A DNA stretch of 64,000 nucleotides, taken from Hypanus sabinus. Lineage: Eukaryota. The DNA lies in the NCBI RefSeq assembly GCF_030144855.1, contig NC_082721.1, positions 43,400,001 through 43,464,000 of the forward strand, given 5' to 3'. Below are positions 23,471 to 36,846 of this stretch, piece after piece (positions within the stretch are counted from its first letter, which is position 1; every line of letters starts with the position of its first letter). The translations under genes and the position numbers were made by a program. A model generated the notes under the pieces. The model was not told the DNA's origin, ran no database searches, and saw only the letters and a list, made by a program, of their open reading frames with translations.

Positions 23471-26198
23471 TTCTTATCTATTAGCATAACATAATTGGCA
23501 TCAATGGAGTTACTCTTTTGGGAGCTTATATGGACACAATTGGCTGAATGGCATCGTTATTTATTTTGTTAAATGTCAGTTGCAGAGTTTCTGTTGTAAT
23601 ATTTAATTACTGATATTTTTCAGTGTCAAATTGCAACAAGTGTTAATTATTTTGTCCTGTTGGGTGCAGTGAGATATCACTGACTGAAAAGAGGATTGTG
23701 TGAGATCTGTCTGATTGTACTGATGTGTCTCAGTCATTGCATCATGGTTATTTGGTGAATGTGTTTTCTTTCTCAGAAACCTCAGGCTCCAGTACCAGTG
23801 CTATGGAAAATTGAAACCTGCAGTTATGAACTGATACAGTGAATGAGGGAGCACTCAGCAGTGAAAACCCTTCCTGCAGGATGGGATGCTGCTTAACTTA
23901 GTGTCAGTATTGTGGAATTTAAACAACTGGCTAGCCGCTCACAGCTCTGCTATAGAGGTATTTCCAGTCTCATCTTTGTGAAAGAAAGGAAGTTTCCACG
24001 AGTTCCTACTGATCAGATCTGAGCTGTAACTTGGCCACCAACTGAATGGATTGGGTCAGTATGGTCCATGGGATCAGTCTGTGGAGCTATTTTCAAGTGA
24101 GTTCCAGTATTGCTTAATCACATGAGATCTTCTGGTCAGTGATATGTTATGGAGGGAGATTTCTGCATGAACATCAATATAGGAAAAGTAGTTCGCTCAA
24201 CCCTTTGAACCTGCTCTGCCATTCAATGACATTATGGCTGATCTTAATGTTCCATTAATCCATGTTCCAGGTAATCTTTCACCCGTTTCCTGACTTAAAA
24301 ATATAAATTGATTCTGCTTCCATAGCCACTTGGAGAAAAAGAGTTCTAAAGGTTTATGGCTCTCTGATAAAGAAACAAACTTGGTTCCAAATCTGTTCTA
24401 AACAGGCAGCCCCTGACTCTTGAACACCAACAGCTTGTCCATAGCATCCAGCCAAGCTGTCATAGGAACTGACAATCCCATCAATTTCCCTCTCAGACTT
24501 CAAAATATCGGTGTATATAGGCCTCACACTTTTACAGAAGACCTACAGTGCAGAGTACTGAATCCAGTAAAAGGAGAGAAAGGAGAGAGGAAGCAGGGTT
24601 CCTCCTTCCAGCTATCAAAACTACTGGACAGGAATCTTCAGCATTGGATTTTGTCACATTTGGAAAAGCATAGATTTCTTACTAATAGTCAGGCTAACTT
24701 TGTGCAGGACAGATAATGCCTTACAAAACTGACTGAGGTCTTTGGAGAGGTGACAAAGATCATTGATGAGGGTAGAGCAGTAGATGCTGTTTAGATAAAT
24801 TTTGCTAATACATTTGACATGCTGCTTCAGTGTAGCCTGATCCAGGAGAGTAGTTCACTTTGGATCCAAGATAACTCTGTATACTGAACTTAAAATTGAT
24901 TGGTTGCAGAAGACATAATGTAGTGGTGGATGGGTGATATCCAGATTGGAGAACTATGGCCAATGGTGCTCCACACGTACCAGTGATGGGACCTCTGCAC
25001 TTTACGATGTACAGAAAATGACTCAGATGAGAATACAGTGTGGCTGATTAGTCAGCTTGCTGATGGCAAAAGGAATACAAGGAGTGTTTGTAGTATACTG
25101 GATGTGTTCTTTTCAGCAGAAACACAAAATGCTGAATTCAGATCAGCAACCTAGACTTGATAGTTAAGCTACCTGGACCAAATGGAGTGCAGCCCAGGAT
25201 TCTGAAAGAGGTCGCTGACAGTGGATTTGGAGGGCAGCTAATTGCAATTGTCACTTCACTCCTTAAGAAAGAAAGGGATGCAAAAGACAGGAAATTATTG
25301 CCACTGGTTGGCAAAGCATTAGTGTCTGTTCTTAAGGATGAGTGCACGTGAGCCCTTGCCAAAATGTTTGGCCAGGTGGTTTGTGTTTCGATGCTGTAAT
25401 TGTTTTCACATTCACTTTCGTTTCTAACTTCAGTTCAATTTCCCTTTTTCCTGCTGATCCATTGGTACAACTACTGCGGCTGTTCTTTCAAATGTAAGTT
25501 GGGTTTTAGTTAGGTGCTGTCTTGAGTGCTTTCTTGTAACATTCCAATAAACCAAAGATTTCGTAGTGCATAAATAAGCCCATTACCAAACTGACAATGC
25601 TCAGACAATCACATCAATTCAGCCACATACACTGAAATGGACTCCCCTTCTTTTTGATTCCACTTTTGAAACCCAAACTATTCAGCAATGAACAATGGTT
25701 TCTGTTCCTGCATTACTTTCACAGTATCAGCAAATTTTATTTTGATTGGTTCATTTGGAGCAGGTAAATTTCACAGCAAACTATGCTTTAAACCAAATGC
25801 ACTCAGCAAAACTGTTATTTGTTCTTCATTGGCTCATCCGTTTGGTCAATCTGTTTGTACAATATATCTATTGTTTTGTTGTGTAATCAAATGTGTCAGT
25901 CTTTCCAATGTAGACAGCTATTTCTGCTCTTTTTTGTGATTATTCTCACCCAGTACTCACCGTTTAAGAAGATATGAGTCCTTTTTTCTTCCTTTTCTTT
26001 TCAACTCAATGATTCTTCCTTTTGCAAAGAAAACTTGCTGCTCCAATGAAATTAAACATGCTGGGTTTTCCGGTGATGTCATCGTCGAGAATGGCAGATT
26101 AAGTCACAAGCTCCACTGGAAAAATGCCTATTAAGCTCCACGAACCGGTCAAATATCATATTTTTCGAAAAATATTTGAACTGAAAAGAGGGGAACGA

Positions 26199-27150
26199 AT
26201 GGGCAAAAAGAATGGAAATATAAAAAGCGACATTGCGGAGCCTGCGTCCGAGAGGAGTGCAGCGAGCGGCTCTCCAACCCGACCACGTGCTAGTGAGGCG
26301 GATGCTGGGCCTCATTCAGGCGAAGTGGTGAATGTCTTCGAAGTCCTGAAAGAAATAATGGAGGTCCAGAAAGATATAAAGCAGCAGCTCTGTGATATTA
26401 AGACAGAGCTCGCCAGCGTTAATCAAAAAAATAGCAGTGACAGAGACTCGCATTGAGAAGGTGGAAGATCACGTTCAAAATGTGGAATGGATACTGAGCA
26501 AGACAATAAAAACCATAGATCACCAAGAAGGTAAACTGCTTGATCTGGAGCGAAGTTCACAGCGGAAAAATATCAGAATCTACAACATTCCTGAAGGAGC
26601 GGAGGGCCTGTCTATGCCGGAGTTTGTCGGAAAGTTACTGCGGGATGCGTTGGATCTTCCCCCAGCTATGGAGCTGGAAGTTCCGAAACCTACCCCAGGA
26701 TAGAAAGCCACAATCAATTATAATTAATTTCTTTTGGTACAGCACCAAGGTGGAGATTCTATGAAGGGCCTGGGGTAAAAGGAGAGTGTTTTTAGAGGAT
26801 AAATTAATATATTTCGATCAAGATTATCCCCCCCCCCCACCACGGTCCTCCAGAAACGCAAAGAAAACTCTGAAGTAAAGCGAGTACAAAAACAAAATAA
26901 GATTAGATTTCAAACTCCTTACCCAACTAAACTTCGAGTGTTTTATGACAACAGGATGCAGTTGTACCAGACAGTGGAAGAGGCGACTACATACATGAAG
27001 GCCAGAGGGTTGCCCGTCAGAATGACCAAAATGAAAGAAAGCCTGGCTGACAAATTGTCTCGCTCGGCTTGGGAAATAGTGCGAGAATCAAGAAGGCAGG
27101 AGATGGGAGGAAGCCGAGAGAAACATATCTGGTAGAGAAATATCAGGGAA
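26199..27150 (+). pseudogene. L1 D ORF1p, disrupted
   Basis: MGKKNGNIKS...RIEKVEDHVQN...QRKNIRIYNIPEGAEG; frameshifts. Confidence 0.85.
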
Positions 27151-27418
27151 TTTTTTTCTGTGTAATGGATTTGTTCACTGACTTTTATGAATACTGCAAT
27201 GGGGGCCCTCAACTTACAAATAGCAGGGGTTATCCCCCACAGCTAACATTTCCTCTAGCTCAACACAGGATCATTTACTAGAGACCTCAGCCTTGGAATC
27301 ACACGTTCGTTGCCATTTATTATTGTTGTTATTTGAGTTTCTTGGTTCTTATTTGCTGAGGGAGTAGATCAATTGAGTTTTATTCTAATTTCAATGATAC
27401 ATTGACAGATAAATACAG

Positions 27419-30298
27419 ATGGCTAAGGACAAGGTAAAATTCATTTCTTTTAATGTAAATGGGCTATTAAATCCAATCAAACGTAAGAGAATTTTATCCA
27501 AAATGAAAAAAAAAGAACAAGCCCATGTAGTATATTTGCAGGAAACTCATTTAAGTGATAATGAGCATAAAAACTAAAGAGAATGGGCTTCACTAATCTG
27601 TTTTTCTCCTCATATAAATCAGGACATATCTCAAGTAAGCTAAATTTTGGAAAAAATATTCGAAATGGGAGATAAAGAAGGCAGATATATTTGGGTAAGG
27701 GGGAATATAGACAGCAATTCAGTTACTCTATTGAATATATACACCCCCCCCGGGAAGTGATACTGGTTTCTTTCAGAAAATTACTGATATTATGGTAATG
27801 GAAACAGAAGGTCTCCTGATATGTGGGGGAGACTTAAATTTACAATTACAACCAAACTTAGATGCTTCCAATAGAAAAACCTATGAAACAGAATCTTAAC
27901 ATAAGCAAGTTAATACACTTTTTGAGGATTTTGGTTTAATTGATATATGGAGGGACCTTTTCCCTGACAGAAGGGATTACACTCATTATTCTGCTCCACA
28001 TTCTGTATATACAAGAATAGACTATCTCATAACATTTGGGAAAGACAAAGACAAAATAAACACCTGTGGAATTGGGACAAAAGATGTAAGTGACCATGCA
28101 CCTATATATTTATCTGTTGATTTTGACCTACAGCCAAAGAATACTATTTGGAAACTAAATTCAAGTCTACTCAATGATCCGTACTTTAATGAACATTTTA
28201 AAAAAGAAATTGGTCTCTACTTAGAATTTAATGATAATGGAGAGGTTTCACCTCCCATTTTATGGGACACTCTGAAGGCAGTCTTAAGAGGGAAAATTAT
28301 AGTGATATCTTCATATAAGAAAAAAATAAGGAATAAAATATTAGAGGAATTACAAAACAGGCTGAAGGAACTAGAGAAAAAAACACAAATTGAATTTGGC
28401 ACAGGATACATTAGGGGAAATTAAAAGTATTAAGAATGAAATAAATAATATAGCTACACAAGAAATCAGGAAAAACTTAATGTTTCTGAAACAGAGACAT
28501 TACGAAAGTGGATCGAAATCTATGAAAATACTGGCATTGAAACTGAAAAATAATATAGCAGAAAATACATTTCATAGAATTAGGGATCAAAGAACGAAAA
28601 TGATAAAAAATAAACTAAGTGAAATTCAAGAAGCTTTTGAAGTGTTTTACAAAATGCTATATTCCAAAGTTCCAGGGGGAAGCATAACCCAAATTGACAC
28701 CTTCTTGAATTCTCTGGAGTTACCCACTTTAAGTGAAGAACAAAATAGAAGGATGACAGCTGACATAAATAAAGTTGAATTAAAAGCTGCAATTAGTAGG
28801 CTTAAATTAAGCAAGTCACCAGGATCAGATGGGTATACGGCAGAGTGGTACAAAGAATTTAAAAATGAGTTAATTCCTGTTTTACTCCCCACACTGAACT
28901 GGGCTTTAAAAAAGGCACAAATGCCACCCAGTTGGAAGGAAGTGCTAATCTCAGCTATACCAAAAGAAAGCAAGGATAAAATGGAATGCGGGTCATTTAG
29001 ACCAATATCCATTCTTAACTTAGATTATAGGTTATTTACCTCCATCATGGCCAAACGATTAAAGGAATTTCTACCTATACTGATACGTAATGATCAGACA
29101 GGTTTCATATGACAACGCCAGACTCAAGACAATATATGAAGGACACTTCACATTATGGATCATATACAAAAAAAAAATAAAATTGAAGCAATACTGATAA
29201 GTGTAGATGCTGAAAAAGCATTTGATTCGGTTAATTGGAATTTTCTTTACAGAGTTTTACATAGATTTGGTTTCCAAGACAATTATTAAAACTATAAAGA
29301 CATTATATGACAATCCTACTGCTAGGATTAAAATCAATGGATATTTATCAAATAGTCTTACCCTAGAATGGGGCACGAGACAGGGTTGTGCATGGTCACC
29401 ACTACTCTTCACGTTATATCTGGAACCAGTAGCTCAATACATCAGACAAAATGAAGATATCAGGGGAATTACTATTAAAGGGACAGAGCATAAATTGGCT
29501 TGTTATGCAGATGACATTTTGATCTACGTAGGGCAACCAACATACTCTTTACCTAAGTTAATGCAATCCTTTGAACAATATAGTCAATTATCAGGATACA
29601 AGATCAACATGGATCAAACCCAATTACTTTCACATTACTATAGTCCACCAAGAGAAATTGAAAGTCGATACCCCTGGGCATGGCACACAGAGTCTTTCAA
29701 ATATTCGGGCACCATTATGCCAAAAGATTTGGCAAAATTATCAGAATATAATTATCAGCCTCTATATGAAAAAAAATAAGTAAGATGTGGCAACATGGAG
29801 CCTGATTCCTTTTTTCAGTCTCAGTTCAAGGATTGAGTGTATTAAAATGAATATACTGCCCAGACTGTTATATCTCTTTCAGACCCTACCAATAGAGATT
29901 AATCAAAATCAATTCAATGAATGGAACAAGATGCTATCAAGGTACATTTGACAGGGTAAAAGGCCTAGAGTTCGTCTCAAAACTTTGCAATTAGCAAAGG
30001 ACAAAGGAGGATGGGGCTTGCCTTCTGTTTGAGGTTATTATTTTGCAGCACAGTTGAGAGCTGTGATATGTTGGTGCAACCCATCATATGACGCTCAATG
30101 GAAAAACATTGAGGAGCAAGTACTTCCCATCCCCATACAAGCAGTTTTGGCTGATAACAACCTGCAAAGGTACATAAATACTATTGATAACCCATGGGTG
30201 AAATTGACTCTTAAAATATGGAATACCACTATAAAAGAATATAATCTAGAGGGAGATATTGCAATTCTTAAATGGTGTGCATATGACTCTGATTTTAC
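27419..30298 (+). pseudogene. L1 D ORF2p (APE endonuclease and RT), disrupted and truncated
   Basis: MAKDKVKFISFNVNGLLNP; KSPGSDGYTAEWYK; RPISILNLDY; RQGCAWSPLLF; YADDILIY. Confidence 0.9.
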
Positions 30299-30789
30299 AA
30301 TAAAACATGCTGTGTTGCTTTTTCAATTCTCAACCATTTTGCTGCACTTCTTAAAAAATTTGAACTTTTTGCTGCATTTCAACAGGTATTTTGTTGCTCG
30401 GGTTAATGTAAAACTTTCTCTCTGCCACTGTTATGTTTTGTACTTTCCAAAACATTAAACCAATTGCAAGGAAAATGAGGGATCTGGGAATAACTTGTGT
30501 ACTTCACTTTTACATTAGTGTGGCAATGCGTATGACATGTTAGCATCATCACATGCAGTTCATGTATTTTTACATATAACCTGAAATGAATTGTTGAAAC
30601 AAATAAAGAATGCTTATTCAACAACATATATTCACAACATATTCACTCAAATATTACTTTTATATTAATATGCAATAGATATGCTAAAGAATCAGTCTCT
30701 CTTCCAGGGGAGAAATGTCAAATATTAGAGGACATTGAAGGTCAGAGGGATAAAGTTTAAAGGAGGTATATGGGACAAGAGTATTTTTA

Positions 30790-33700
30790 AATTTTTTTTT
30801 ATTGAATTTTCAAATAGGTTACAGAAAGAAAAAAAAAATTATCAACTCTTCCCCCCTGCCCTTAACCCTCCCCCTCCCCTTAACCCCTCCCCCTCCCCTT
30901 AACCCCTCCCCTGAACATATCCCTATAGAAAAAAAAAGAAGAAGAAAAAGAAAGAAAGAAAGAAAGAAGGAGAAAAAGAAAGAAAGAATGCCTGGATATC
31001 GGAAGATCCCGACATGCTCCATGGGGTTCATAATAGCTTTAATAGGTATATTTATTTCTTTCCCCAGATAACCAATAATTTTATCTTCGGAGCACCTATA
31101 TATTTAATCCTATTTTTTGTAAATAAGGGTGCCAAATTTTCAGAAATATTTCATATTTATCTCTTAAATTATAAGTAATTTTTTGAAGTGGAATGCAGCT
31201 AAAAATTTTATTCTTCCAACGATCTATACTTAAGTATGAATCAGATTTCCAAGTAACTGCAATAGCCTTTTTGGCTACTGCCAATGCAATTGTTATGAAT
31301 TCTTTCTGATATTTATTCAATTTGGATTTTGATTTTATCCCTTCAATATCGCCTAGTAAAAATAATATTGGATTATGTGGAAGTTATATTCCAATAATTT
31401 GTTACAGTAAAACTCATAAATTTGTCCAAAAAGGTTGAATTTTAGAACAAGACCAAGTAGAGTGTAAAAAAGCACCAATTTCTTGATTACATCAAAAACA
31501 TTGATCAGATAAATTTGAGTTTAATCTATTTATTTTTTGTGGTGTAATATATATTTGATGTAAAAAGTTATATTGTACTAATCTTAGTCAAACATTTATT
31601 GTATTTGTCATACTGTCAAGACATAGTCTTGACCAACTTGTTTCATCAATTTTAATATTCAAATCAGTTTCCCATTTTTGTCTTGACTTATGAATTCCTT
31701 GTTTAATTGCCTGTTTTTGAATCAAATTATACATACCAGAAATATTTTTTAAAATTTTTCCTTTATGAATTAAAGTTTCTATTTCATTAGGTTTCGGCAA
31801 CAACATTGTTTGACCCAGTTTATCTCTTAAATAAGCCCTTAATTGGAAATAACAGAAAAGAGTGTTATTTGGTATTTAATATTTATTCTTTAATTGGTCA
31901 AATGACATTAATATACCTCCTTCAAAACAGTCTCCTATATATCTAATCCCTTTGTGAAACCAGTTATATAAAAGTTGATCATCGTAAAAGGGATGTTTAT
32001 TTTGAATTAAAGGTCTCTTTGCTAATAAAGATTTCTTTATCTCATCATCAACATTTATCTTATTCCATAGATCAATCAAATGTTTTAGTATAGGAGATTC
32101 TTTCTTTTCCTGTATCCATTTAGATTCCCATTAATATATAAAATCTTCTGGTATACTTTCTCCTATTTTGTCTAATTCTATTCTAATCCATGCCGGTTTA
32201 TCTTCATCAAAATAAGATGCAATAAATCTAAGCTGATTTGCTTTGTAATAATTCTTAAAATTTGGTAATTGTAACCCTCCTAGGTCAAATTTCCATGTCA
32301 ATTTTTCCAATGATATTCTTGATATCTTACCTTTCCAAAGGAATTTCCTCACACATTTATTTAACTCTTGAAAAAATTTCTGCGGTAATTGTGTTGGTAA
32401 TGTTTGGAATAAATATTGTAATCTAGGGAATATATTCACTTTTACAGCATTGACTCTACCTATTAATGTTATTGGTAACATCATCCATTTATCAAGATCC
32501 TCTTGACTTTTTTTCAATAATGGCAAATAATTTAATTTATATAAATTCTTTATATCATTATCAATTCTTATACCTAAATACTTTATACCATTTATCGGCC
32601 ATCTAAATTGAGTTATTAATCGACATTGACTATAATCTCCTTTAGTAAGGGGTAGAATTTCACTTTTATCCCAATTTATTTTATACCCTGATATTTTCCC
32701 ATATTCTTCCAATCTAGAAGATAATTTACGCAACGAATATAATGGGTTTGTTAGATAAATCAGAACATCATCAGCATATAAGATAATCTTATATTTCCCC
32801 TGATTAACTCTGAAACCCATAATATCTGAGTCAGTTCTAATTAATTCAGCTAATGGTTCTATTGCCAACACAAATAAAGCAGGTGATAATGGACAACCTT
32901 GTCCAGTTGACCTTGTTAACTGAAATGATGTTGAAATTTGGACACTTTCACCACTTTAGCTTTGGGTTTAGTATTTTAGGTTTTAATCCATTTTATAAAA
33001 GGTACTCCTAATCCATATTTTTCCAATACCTTAAATAAAAAATCCCATTCCAATCTATCAAATGCTTTTTCTGCATCCAAAGCAACTGCTACACTAATTT
33101 CTTCCCTCTTTTGTGCCAAATGAATTATGCTAAGTAATCGAATTACATTATCTGCTGATTGTCTATTTTTAATAAATCTGGTTTAATCCATACATATTAA
33201 TTTTGGTAAATATTTAGATAATCTATTAGATAGAATTTTTGCTATTATTTTATTGTCCATATTCAACAAAGAAATAGGCCTATGTGATGTTGGTTTTAAA
33301 GGATCTCTATCGTTTTTTGGCAATGCTGTTAGAATTGCTGTCAAAAAAGATTCTGGAAGTTTATGTATTCTTTCCGCTTGATATATTAACTCCATAAGAG
33401 GAGGGATTAATAAATCTTTAAACTTTTTATAAAATTCAGGTGGAAAACCATCCTCTCCTGGTTTTTTTATTATTCTGAAGTGATCCGAGGGCTTCTTCGA
33501 CCTCTTTTAATGTAAAAGGCATATCTAATCCCTTCTGTTCTTCTGAATTCAATTTTGGAAGAGTTATTTGTGATAGAAATCTTTCTATCTCATCAACTTC
33601 ATTTTGTGATTCAGATTGATATAATTCAGAATAAAATTTTGTAAAGTTTTCATTAATTTCTAAAGGTTTATAAGTAACTATTTGCACTTATTCTAATTGT

Positions 33701-36604
33701 GTTTATCGTTTTGGAAGCCTGCTCTGTTTTCAACTGCCAAGCAAGAATCTTGTGTGATCTTTCACCTAATTCATAATATCTCTGCTTAGTTCTCATAATT
33801 GCTTTTTCTGTTCGGTATGTCTGGAGCTTGTTATATTGTAACTTCTTAGTAACAAGTTGTCTTTGTTTTTCTTCTGTCATATATCTTTGAGATTCTTTTT
33901 CTAATTTTACAATCTCTTTTTCCAATTGATCCATTTCTACCATATATTCTTTCTTAATTTTAGAGGCATAACATTATCTGGCCCCTCAAATATGTTTTCA
34001 TCGCTTCCCATAATACAAATTTATCATCAACTGAATGTGAATTTGTATCTAAAAAAAAACTGAATCTGTTTTTCCATAAAATCACAAAAATCTTGTTGTC
34101 TTAATAATACTGAAATAAATCTCCATTTGTAAATCAATTCTTCCTTATCCATCATTATCATTGTCATTATCAAGGGGGAATGATCTGACTGTATTCTCGC
34201 TTTGTATTCCATACTTTTCACTCTATACTGAATATTCACTGATAATAGAAAAAATTTATTCTTGAATAAGTTTTATGTCTATTTGAATAAAATGAATAAT
34301 CTCTTTCTCTTGGATTAATTCTTCTCCATATATCAATCAAATTTAAATCTTTCATCAATGATAAAGTTAGTTTTACTACTTTTGATTTTGTAATAGCCTT
34401 AGTTGATCTACCTAAAACTGGATATAGACAAAAGTTAAAATTTGCACCTGTTAATATTTTATCATGTGCATCGGCCAAATTCAAAAATGTTTCTTGTATA
34501 AATTTTGTATCATTTTCATTTGGTGCATAAATATTCATAAGAGTGCATAATTCCAAAAAAAAATTGACAATGTATAATCACCTATCTGCCTGCAGAATCA
34601 ATTAATACATTTTGTATTTTAATTGGTAAGGTTTTATTAACCAAAATTGCAACTCCACTCGTCTTTGAATTGAATGAAGCTGCAATAACATTCCCGACCC
34701 AATCTCTCTTTAATTTCTGATGTTCTGTCCCTGTTAAAAGTGTTTCCTGCAAAAGTGCTATATCTACTTTCATTTTCTTAATGTACGCTAGAACTCTTTT
34801 TCTTTTCACAGGTCCATTAAGCCCATTAACATTAAAACTTTAAAGATTCAGTAAATTAGTCATTGTTTTTAACAAGGTTACCCCAATCTATAACAGTGTA
34901 TAATATCTCAGCTCTTATAGTACCTTTGGGTATCTCTTTAAGATCCTATGTGTTGCTATGTGTCTCCCCCCCAATCATCCAGGCAAGAAAAGAAAAGTAG
35001 AAAAATGATAAATTATATAAAAAAAGCTAACTGTATACCCTCCAACTAATGTTGTGAATAGAAAAAATCACAACATTATCCCCCTCTGTTTTACGGGTCA
35101 TGGCAATCACCATGATTACACACGTGAATTCCATAGCAATCGATCAGAAGTTCCTCCAGCTGCCCCGTAATGTAAAAAAACATATATAAGAGAAGAAAAA
35201 AATTAATATCACTACTCACGATTAATATTTAGATTTATACCTTCTTCGCCTTCTATCGTATAGTTAAAATATATTTATATATTCTTCTGCCCTTAAACAT
35301 CCATCAAATCCATTCACAGTCTCAGTCTTCATCTTTAATCCATTTCGTTTCCACAAATTCTTAATTGTGTCTAGTGAATATCTGGAAGTTCTTGTGCAAA
35401 CTCCTCTGCTTTCCAGTAATCAGTAAAAAATCTTCTTTCTTCATCATCCAAAAATATTACCAGCATTACTGGGTAGCGTAATATAAATTTATAACCCTTT
35501 TCTCATAAGATTTTTTTCACTGAGTTAAATTCCTTCCTCCTCTTCAGGAGGTTATAACTTATATCGGGATAGAAAAAAAACTCTTTTCCCTTCTGTCATC
35601 AGTGGCCCATTTCTCTTTCTGGCACCTTGAGCAACTGCTTTCAGAATCCTTTCTTTATGTTGATATCTTAAACATTTTATCAAGATTGATCGTGGATTTT
35701 GATCTTGTTGGGGTTTTGGTCTTAAAGCTCCATGGGCCCTTTCAATTTCAATTAACTGACCTCCTTCTTCCATTTCCAAAGTCTCCGGGATCCACTTTTG
35801 AAAGAATTTTATTGGATCTTCTCCCTCTATACCTTCTTTAAGACCAACAATCTTAATATTATTTCGTCTGCTAAAATTTTCAAGCACATCCACTTTTTCC
35901 AGCAACTGTTTTCTTTCTGATGTCCAGGCAAGGATATTATATTCCATTTTTTTTCCATTCTATCAGTGGTGTCTCCCATTATTTGTTCCAGTTTTTTAAC
36001 TTTCTTATCCATTTTCTCCTGTTTTTTCACAACTTTATCAAGCGTAATCTTTATTGCTTTTAATTCATACATTATTTGTAGAGCTTCTCTTATGTCTTCA
36101 GAAGATCCTCTCTTTTTGATTTCTTCCGGTTCCTCTTCTTCCTCATCTGTGTTGTCCAGAGACTCAGCTTCTACTTCTGGTTCACTTACACTTTCAATTG
36201 CAGCTGGAACTTGTAGTTTGGTTTGCATCTGTTTGTGCATGCCCTTTTCTTCACGCATGTGCAGTTACTGCAGCTTCTTCTTGGAGACTGTTGATGTTGT
36301 TGCAGTTTCCTCTTCTGCACCGCCAGTGGCTAAATGCAATTCGCTGAGGAGAGGTCCAACCTGAGCACGGGGCTCTGTCATAATGGTCGGGCCTTGTTCT
36401 TTTCCAACTCGTGCTGTCTTCAATGTAGCAGGTCTCTTCTGTTTCTGTTTAGGAGGCATGTCTAAAAATAATCCTCAGTAGCTTATAAGTAGTTTTTAGA
36501 AAGTATTTACAAACTTTTCTTCACTTAAACACTATTTTAATAGTTTTTTATGGGAGAGCTGGATTTCCACATCTCGATCCTACGTCATCTCGTGATGTCC
36601 CCCC
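30790..36604 (-). mobile_element. Near full-length L1 element B (same family as A and C), degenerate, no TSD
   Basis: ORF1 at 35371-36459; ORF2 at 31096-34863 (KRKRVLAYIKKMKVDIALLQET; RPISLLNMD; YADDVLIYL; C-terminal Cys region); poly(T) at 30790-30810; 5' end ggggggacatcacgagatgacgtagg. Confidence 0.93.
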
Positions 36605-36846
36605 GCCCCCCCGAAACCAAGCTCTGAAGCATTTAACCATTCTGACTAATCACATCCCATTCTCTGCTCTACAATGACTCTACTATTCAACCTGTATCTC
36701 AATTGAGGCTGCAGTGCTGATAGTAAAGACAATTCATTCAAGTGGTAATAGAATGAATCCTTGTAATCAAATGTTACAAATAAAACTGTGGAATTGTTAT
36801 TTAGCAAAACACATAATCACGATATTCAGCCCATTGGGTTTATATA

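Larger units (their letters stand above)
26064..30298 (+). mobile_element. L1 element D (second family), 5'-complete and 3'-truncated, no poly(A)
   Basis: TSD aattaaacatgctg/aataaaacatgctg at 26050-26063 and 30299-30312; ORF2 ends at KWCAYDSDF; empty site at 45321-45334. Confidence 0.9.
25350..30674 (-). mobile_element. Truncated Gypsy (Mag-like) 5'LTR (30429-30674), PBS and gag (about 25350-25960), split by L1 D
   Basis: Mirror image of 44958-46020. Confidence 0.7.
12369..30789 (+). repeat. Left arm of the inverted segmental duplication
   Basis: Colinear reverse-complement match to 44843-62368 across unique sequence and shared TE junctions; 10745 bp after removing arm-specific segments. 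Confidence 0.95.

Noticed and set aside
30846-30912. Interstitial telomeric repeat
   Set aside because: The motif is ttaaggg within a G-rich L1 3'UTR, not tandem TTAGGG
35602-36364. Plus-strand ORFs over L1 ORF1 (also 60744-61431)
   Set aside because: Antisense shadow frames of A-rich ORF1 coding sequence
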